Assembly (NCBI GenBank): GCA_002811645.1
Contig: PDIP01000098.1
Coordinates: forward strand, 1-47,732
Source of the DNA: Corallochytrium limacisporum Hawaii
Taxonomy: Eukaryota; Protista; Pluriformea
DNA: 47,732 nt
Reading direction: 5' to 3'
Shown here: piece after piece, positions 42,479 to 47,732 of the stretch
Layout: each line of letters starts with the position of its first letter
How positions within the stretch are numbered: position 1 is the first letter of the stretch
Position numbers and translations under genes: made by a program
The notes under the pieces: model-generated
Databases searched by the model: none
What the model saw: only the letters and a program-made list of their open reading frames with translations
Told to the model about the DNA's origin: nothing

Positions 42479-43609
42479 TCAAAAGTCCACCTGCTCACGG
42501 AAGTGCTTCTGGTAATTGTGGCGCTGCCCGACATCCAAACGTTCCCTTGCTTGGCGGCGCTGCTGGCGTCGACGATGCTTGACCTCAGCATTGGTACCAC
42601 TGCTGGTCCAGCCAAGTCCTGTGTATCTGTTCATGACGTTCGTGACGGCAAAGTTGTTCCGTGCAGCAGCACGCAAAATGAGCTGTTTTTGCTCGGATGC
42701 GCTGGGAGCAGGACGGGATGGAAAGTTCTGTTTGTAGTAGACATTGAAGTCTTTGTGTCCCAGAGCCTTGCCAGAGGGTGTCACCAGCTCGTAGCCATCT
42801 TCACCCACCCGAGCGGGGTCCTTCTTCATAAATTCTGCATCTTCGTAGTCGTAGAATTCTTCAAGTTCCTCTTCCGCATCCGCATTATAGTCGATGCGAC
42901 AGTGACCTTTGTCCGTCATGTGCTTCTGGACGGCCTCCAAGCTTGTAAATTGCCTACCACGTTCATTGCATAGCAAGCAAATGTTACCCACAGACACCTT
43001 TTCACCAAGATACTTCACCAACCCCTTGATATCAACGCAGTATTCAAGATCAGGCACATAAAAGCCGTGGAATTTGGCCATGTGCTCTAGGTTGGCATCA
43101 AAACTCTCGTCCTTGTGGGGACAAAACATACAGGTCTCCTCATCGAGCTCGATGGCACGGGCAAGGAACTGATCCTCCAAGTCCACTTCTCTGTCTTCAA
43201 TATCCTCGGCCACGATCGGTGCGGGTCTCCGTCCCAATTCGGCATCGGTCCTTCGGGTTGGCCTTGGTGCGGGTTTGCAACCTCGGTCTTCCCAAGCCCT
43301 CTGGTTTTCCTTATGCTTCTTTGACTGAATGTGGTTTTCATACTGCGCTTCCGATCTGAAGACTTTGTTGCACGCCTCACACATTGGCTTGGAAGGAGTT
43401 GTCGACGAGGCATCCTCTTCACCGGCCAACTGATTTGTCATGACCTGCATACGCGTCTGGAATTCCTCAGCAGTAACGCAGGCTAGGCCAGCGATCTTGC
43501 GCTTCAGATTGTACCGGTGCCATTCTGTTTTATGGTGAATGCGCTGTTCTTCTGCTGTGTAGAAACCGACACGACAATTCATGCAAGTAAAAAGCTCAGG
43601 TTCCTCCAT
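42479..43609 (-). CDS. ZNF622: Pre-60S maturation zinc-finger protein ZNF622/Rei1
   Basis: FTCMNC...HHKTEWHRYNLKRKIAGL, CEACNKVF..HIQSKKH, CMFC..HMAKFHGFYVPD, YLGEKVSVGNICLLC, HMTDKGHC. Confidence 0.95.
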   Translation of the reverse strand: MEEPELFTCMNCRVGFYTAEEQRIHHKTEWHRYNLKRKIAGLACVTAEEFQTRMQVMTNQLAGEEDASSTTPSKPMCEACNKVFRSEAQYENHIQSKKHKENQRAWEDRGCKPAPRPTRRTDAELGRRPAPIVAEDIEDREVDLEDQFLARAIELDEETCMFCPHKDESFDANLEHMAKFHGFYVPDLEYCVDIKGLVKYLGEKVSVGNICLLCNERGRQFTSLEAVQKHMTDKGHCRIDYNADAEEELEEFYDYEDAEFMKKDPARVGEDGYELVTPSGKALGHKDFNVYYKQNFPSRPAPSASEQKQLILRAAARNNFAVTNVMNRYTGLGWTSSGTNAEVKHRRRQQRRQARERLDVGQRHNYQKHFREQVDF

Positions 43610-44390
43610 GTTGATACCGATGCTAATGTTACTAAACTAGTGTCAATGAATTACAATATCTATAGCGTGTTTCCAGAAGGATGTATACAAGGATCTGGTT
43701 TCACCACTTGAATCTTTCAAATAGGCTGTGCTACCATATGCATGTTAGAAGAATTTAAATGTTATAATCTCAGAGAACATCGAGGCCGTCACGTACCTCT
43801 TCGCTCCGCACAATGGTGAAGACTTGCGCTAAGACGGTGTGAGACCCACCTTTTCTTCCTGCTGTCTGGCTTCCGTACAATGGTCCGTACACTCACCTTT
43901 CTATCCACGCAGCACACCTGCGTGATGCTGCGTTGGTAGTGCTCATATGGGAAAGGGGGGGGGCAGGGGAAGCACGCGATGGTCCCGTTAGTATACTATG
44001 GGCCCTTGCGGAGGGTGGGTTTTTCGTGAATATCTCCCTCCCAAGCCAGAGGGAGGGAACGGTCGGAGCGGGCCCAGGCGGGGAGGGACGGTGGGAGCAG
44101 AGTGGTCGAAGTGGGTGGCAGAGCCCGCTGTTTGGCGAGGGTGTGTCAAAGGGATTGTTTTGGGTGAAGACGGTCTAGAGCGAATGACACCAGTCTGCAA
44201 CATGCTATTTAAAGGCGAGATAGAATGATTTTGACTACTCTTCTATTTGAACTCTTGATCAGACCGCGATCCTACAGGTCGACGCTCCAACGACGGAAAT
44301 CGATGACGGTAGAGGCACATTTGAAACAGTAGTATGGCGTTATTTATGACGTGACAGGTGTGAGGCCTGTCCGGCCTAGCATTAGGAAAT

Positions 44391-46280
44391 ATGGTAGATC
44401 AGTGCACAGGCGAAGGCTGTGAAGCCAGCAGAGCAAACCTTGCCGAAGCACTCTATAATATTGGCAACAATCCTTCTATACAAAATGATTATACCAAAGC
44501 AGTCCTCTTTATCGAGGGATTCTTGTTGGGACAGATCCTGGAGCTGATTTTCTTTGCGGTCCTCCTGTACGTCTGTTTATTTAGACGGTCAAAGCAAACA
44601 CAAGTGCGGCGAGCGGGGCGTGGTAAGTACAGGACGGGTTTGGCAACATCAGCTTTACCTTCGGAGCGGCCACCCCGCAAGGAGATTCCGTATGATCTGG
44701 GATCCCATCCACCAGAGAGTTGCAATTGGCTCAATATGCTGGTATCCCAAATTTTTATGGAAATGAGAAGCAGTTTATCGTTCCAGAAAATGCTTGTGGA
44801 GGAAATTACTGAGGCTGCGAATAATCTGCAAGATGACAAGATTGCACAACTTGGTGCCATCAACATTGAGAACTTCAGCTTTGGTAAGTCAGCCCCAGTG
44901 ATTAATGACATTACGCTGTGCATCTTACCGACAGCATCTATGGTAAACTCACGGAATACAAAGGAGTCACCGGACAGAAGTCAATGGAACAAGCCTACAG
45001 AAAATGGAGATGCAACGTCTGAACCGAAGAACAGTGACCAGGGTGTGAATGGGGCGTCAACGCCTAGGTACACCCACGATGACGTGGAAGTGAATGCAGT
45101 TGTGGACATGGAATATCATGGAGAATTCACTATTGAAATTAGTACGGAAGTGAAGGTGGACTGGCCTGCACCTGGTGCCATCTCGTTGCCGGTGAAAATG
45201 AAAGTGGTTCTGCAAGACTTCTGGGGCTCTCTCCGCATCAACATGCCTCAAGTTGGGCGGGCCGGGCGTGAACGACTGACCGTGGGGCTTGGATTCGAGC
45301 AGAGTCCTGACATTAATATGAAAATCCAGTCTTCTCTTGGGCATCGGACGCAGGTGAATGACTTGCCCAAGTTGGAAGAGTTAGTGCTGTCCGCTGTGCG
45401 GGATGGAATCGAGAACGCTTTGGTCTTGCCGAACGAGTATTGCCTTGTTCTAGACTTTGACATGCTCCGGGAAGAAAGACAAAGGCAAAGAACGGGGGAC
45501 AAGACACCCACGGACGTCGACAAGGAGCACTGGGAACGGCTGATGAATGTATCGCCATTCAAACATTACGCGAATCATATGCTACAGCGCAATAGTGTCA
45601 GTAGGCATTCTGCCTCGGTGCCGAATTCACCGGTCAGACACAGCAAGCGTCAGCACAATATGCATGGACATCACACTCGCCACCACTATGATCCGACACC
45701 GCATCAACAGAGCTCACGTCATCATCATCACTCGCCAGCACCCCTCAATAATGAAGATCACGGTGGGCCCAGTCCCGGGCATCATAAACTAGAAGAGCGT
45801 TTCACGGGATTGACACAGGGATTGTCCAGTGCGGCTTCCTCGTCTACATCCGTCAGCGCGGAGGCTGGTAGGGGCCGCTTAGAGCGAAGTATTTCAACGC
45901 AGTCTTTCCATTCCATCGATCCGCATGACCCCGTGCGACCGCGGGCCGTGCGGAGACGCTTCTTGGCGAGTCCCCGCACACACTACAGCGGAGCAGTGAG
46001 CGTGACGGGTAGCCACTACAGTCAATCAATTTTGTCCCGCTCGGCAATGTCAACTCCGCGGAATGTGAGAGGACCGAACTACCGATTTGATTTGAAGGAC
46101 GTGGACATGAAGGGGAAGCGACCCGCACCGATTCCAGACATAGAGGCATCGACCTCCACTGCGGCCGGATCAACCGGCTCTGCGGCACAAGTCAATCCTG
46201 TGCTCATCTCGCCGCGTCAGAAATCAACCCGCTCAAGCGCGCACAACATAAGTGCACAGTCAATGCCACAGCTTGGATAA
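44391..46280 (+). CDS. MMM1: ERMES subunit Mmm1-like SMP-domain protein with a His/Ser-rich C-terminal tail
   Basis: FIEGFLLGQ TM, HPPESCNWLNMLVSQ, FSFGKSAP, VDWPAPGAISLPV, SSLGHRTQVNDLPKL..VLPN. Confidence 0.8.
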   Translation: MVDQCTGEGCEASRANLAEALYNIGNNPSIQNDYTKAVLFIEGFLLGQILELIFFAVLLYVCLFRRSKQTQVRRAGRGKYRTGLATSALPSERPPRKEIPYDLGSHPPESCNWLNMLVSQIFMEMRSSLSFQKMLVEEITEAANNLQDDKIAQLGAINIENFSFGKSAPVINDITLCILPTASMVNSRNTKESPDRSQWNKPTENGDATSEPKNSDQGVNGASTPRYTHDDVEVNAVVDMEYHGEFTIEISTEVKVDWPAPGAISLPVKMKVVLQDFWGSLRINMPQVGRAGRERLTVGLGFEQSPDINMKIQSSLGHRTQVNDLPKLEELVLSAVRDGIENALVLPNEYCLVLDFDMLREERQRQRTGDKTPTDVDKEHWERLMNVSPFKHYANHMLQRNSVSRHSASVPNSPVRHSKRQHNMHGHHTRHHYDPTPHQQSSRHHHHSPAPLNNEDHGGPSPGHHKLEERFTGLTQGLSSAASSSTSVSAEAGRGRLERSISTQSFHSIDPHDPVRPRAVRRRFLASPRTHYSGAVSVTGSHYSQSILSRSAMSTPRNVRGPNYRFDLKDVDMKGKRPAPIPDIEASTSTAAGSTGSAAQVNPVLISPRQKSTRSSAHNISAQSMPQLG

Positions 46281-46376
46281 GATGACAGTGAATATACATT
46301 CACAAACTACGATCCGATTAGTATTTCAACGTTACTACTTTATGTAAAGATGAGAACAGAATGTTTTGCATGAATA

Positions 46377-47030
46377 TTAGCAGCAGCCAAACGACTGGTC
46401 TTCCTGTGCGGCAAGGTTTCCACTGCCCAACTTGACATTTCCCTTTCCAGCACCCACGCTCTCCTGTCCTTGCATCCAGATTTCATCATCTGCCATGATT
46501 TTATGTGCAAGCTCCTCAAATGCTTTCGCAACACCAATTTTGCTCTTTGCGCTGCACTCCATATACATCATCTGTTGATCTTGAGCAAATTCTTGTCCCT
46601 CTTCTGTGGACACCTCCCGGTACTCCAAGTCCACCTTGTTGGCCACCAGCATCTTAAGCACCTCCGTATTGGCGTAAGAGTCCAGCTCATCCAACCAATT
46701 GGTCACATTCTCAAAGGTCTGCTTGTTGGCCACGTCGTACGCAAGAATGACTCCGTGAGCACCACGGTAGTACGAGGATGTCAGGGTCCGGAAGCGTTCC
46801 TGTCCTGCGGTGTCCCAGATTGTTAGCTGAACAGTTTTTCCATCGACATTCATAACCTTGAAACGGAAGTCCACACCAATAGTAGCATCCAGCTCCTCAA
46901 ACTTGTCGTCCAGGAACCGCATCATGAGACTCGACTTGCCTACACCGCTGTCACCGATAAGGAGGATCTTCAGAACCGCCACGGGATTGGCGTTTTGTGG
47001 TGATGTTCCGCTGCTTTGTGCTTCTGCCAT
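46377..47030 (-). CDS. RAB18: Rab GTPase Rab18
   Basis: [55 protein letters not shown]-terminal CC. Confidence 0.92.
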   Translation of the reverse strand: MAEAQSSGTSPQNANPVAVLKILLIGDSGVGKSSLMMRFLDDKFEELDATIGVDFRFKVMNVDGKTVQLTIWDTAGQERFRTLTSSYYRGAHGVILAYDVANKQTFENVTNWLDELDSYANTEVLKMLVANKVDLEYREVSTEEGQEFAQDQQMMYMECSAKSKIGVAKAFEELAHKIMADDEIWMQGQESVGAGKGNVKLGSGNLAAQEDQSFGCC

Positions 47031-47732
47031 GACTCTTGTTCTTTAATGCGACACACTCGAGTCCCAACTCTATGCCTTCTGTTGCGTGAATGGTCCGCTT
47101 TCTCCAGCGCATGAGATGAAAGTAGAAGTACCAATATTTAGCGACGACATACAGTGTTGTATACTGCTTTGCAAAACTATAAATAGTACATTTGGCTGCG
47201 CTCCTGGCTTATTGCTCGATTCAAAGCTTTTAACCGGTACCTCACTTTCAGTTTCATCGTGCAGGCAATCAGTGTTGTCCACAATAACAATTCTAAGGTG
47301 CGTACGTTGGGTGTCAGAGGAGCTTCTTAGACGTTTTGTTCGGAGCCCGCGGGACTGCCTCGGCCCGCGACCCGCTGATCTTGGGGTTTTGCTGCAGTTG
47401 CTTTGGTGCGCCCGGGCGGGCCGTTGAAGTCCCCACCTCCCCCGCCGGCCCTTTTGTCTTAAGGTGCCTTAACTTTCCCATGCAAAACGGACCCACCGGC
47501 AGCGGGCACCGGAAGGGAGATCTGATCTGTGGCACAGCAGTTTTTTTTCTTACATATACTCTTGGGTCACACTGGAACCGGTTGGGAAAAAGGGGGCCGC
47601 CCCCCCCCGGGGGGGGGGGTTGGGAGGCACCCATAGAGAATAAACGATTGGTTGGCAAACGCATTTTTCTTTTTACTATCCTCTGAGTTGAATGTATACT
47701 CCGTATCCAACCAAAATTTTCGTTCGAAAATA

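Overview
This is gene-dense, very intron-poor eukaryotic nuclear DNA with about 22 protein-coding genes, three clear spliceosomal introns, GA/CT microsatellites and three assembly gaps. It mixes animal-like proteins (ARF1 N-terminus, CDK8 N-terminus, RGS-containing SNX13-type nexin, TRAPPC14-like) with genes animals lack (hybrid histidine kinase, ERMES Mmm1, Pam17). This suggests a unicellular opisthokont, probably a holozoan protist (inference). Main points of interest: (1) an intronless bacterial-type GAPDH with signatures of the ArsJ-associated arsenate-detoxification clade, 22 kb from an arsenite methyltransferase whose 3' UTR has a SECIS-like hairpin; (2) a membrane hybrid histidine kinase with a NarX/PilJ-type P-box, a candidate eukaryotic nitrate sensor; (3) several recurring intergenic DNA motifs (TTCAGTAC, GTCCGGATAT, C-run/G-run palindromes). 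All family assignments come from recognising motifs by eye; no database search was run.
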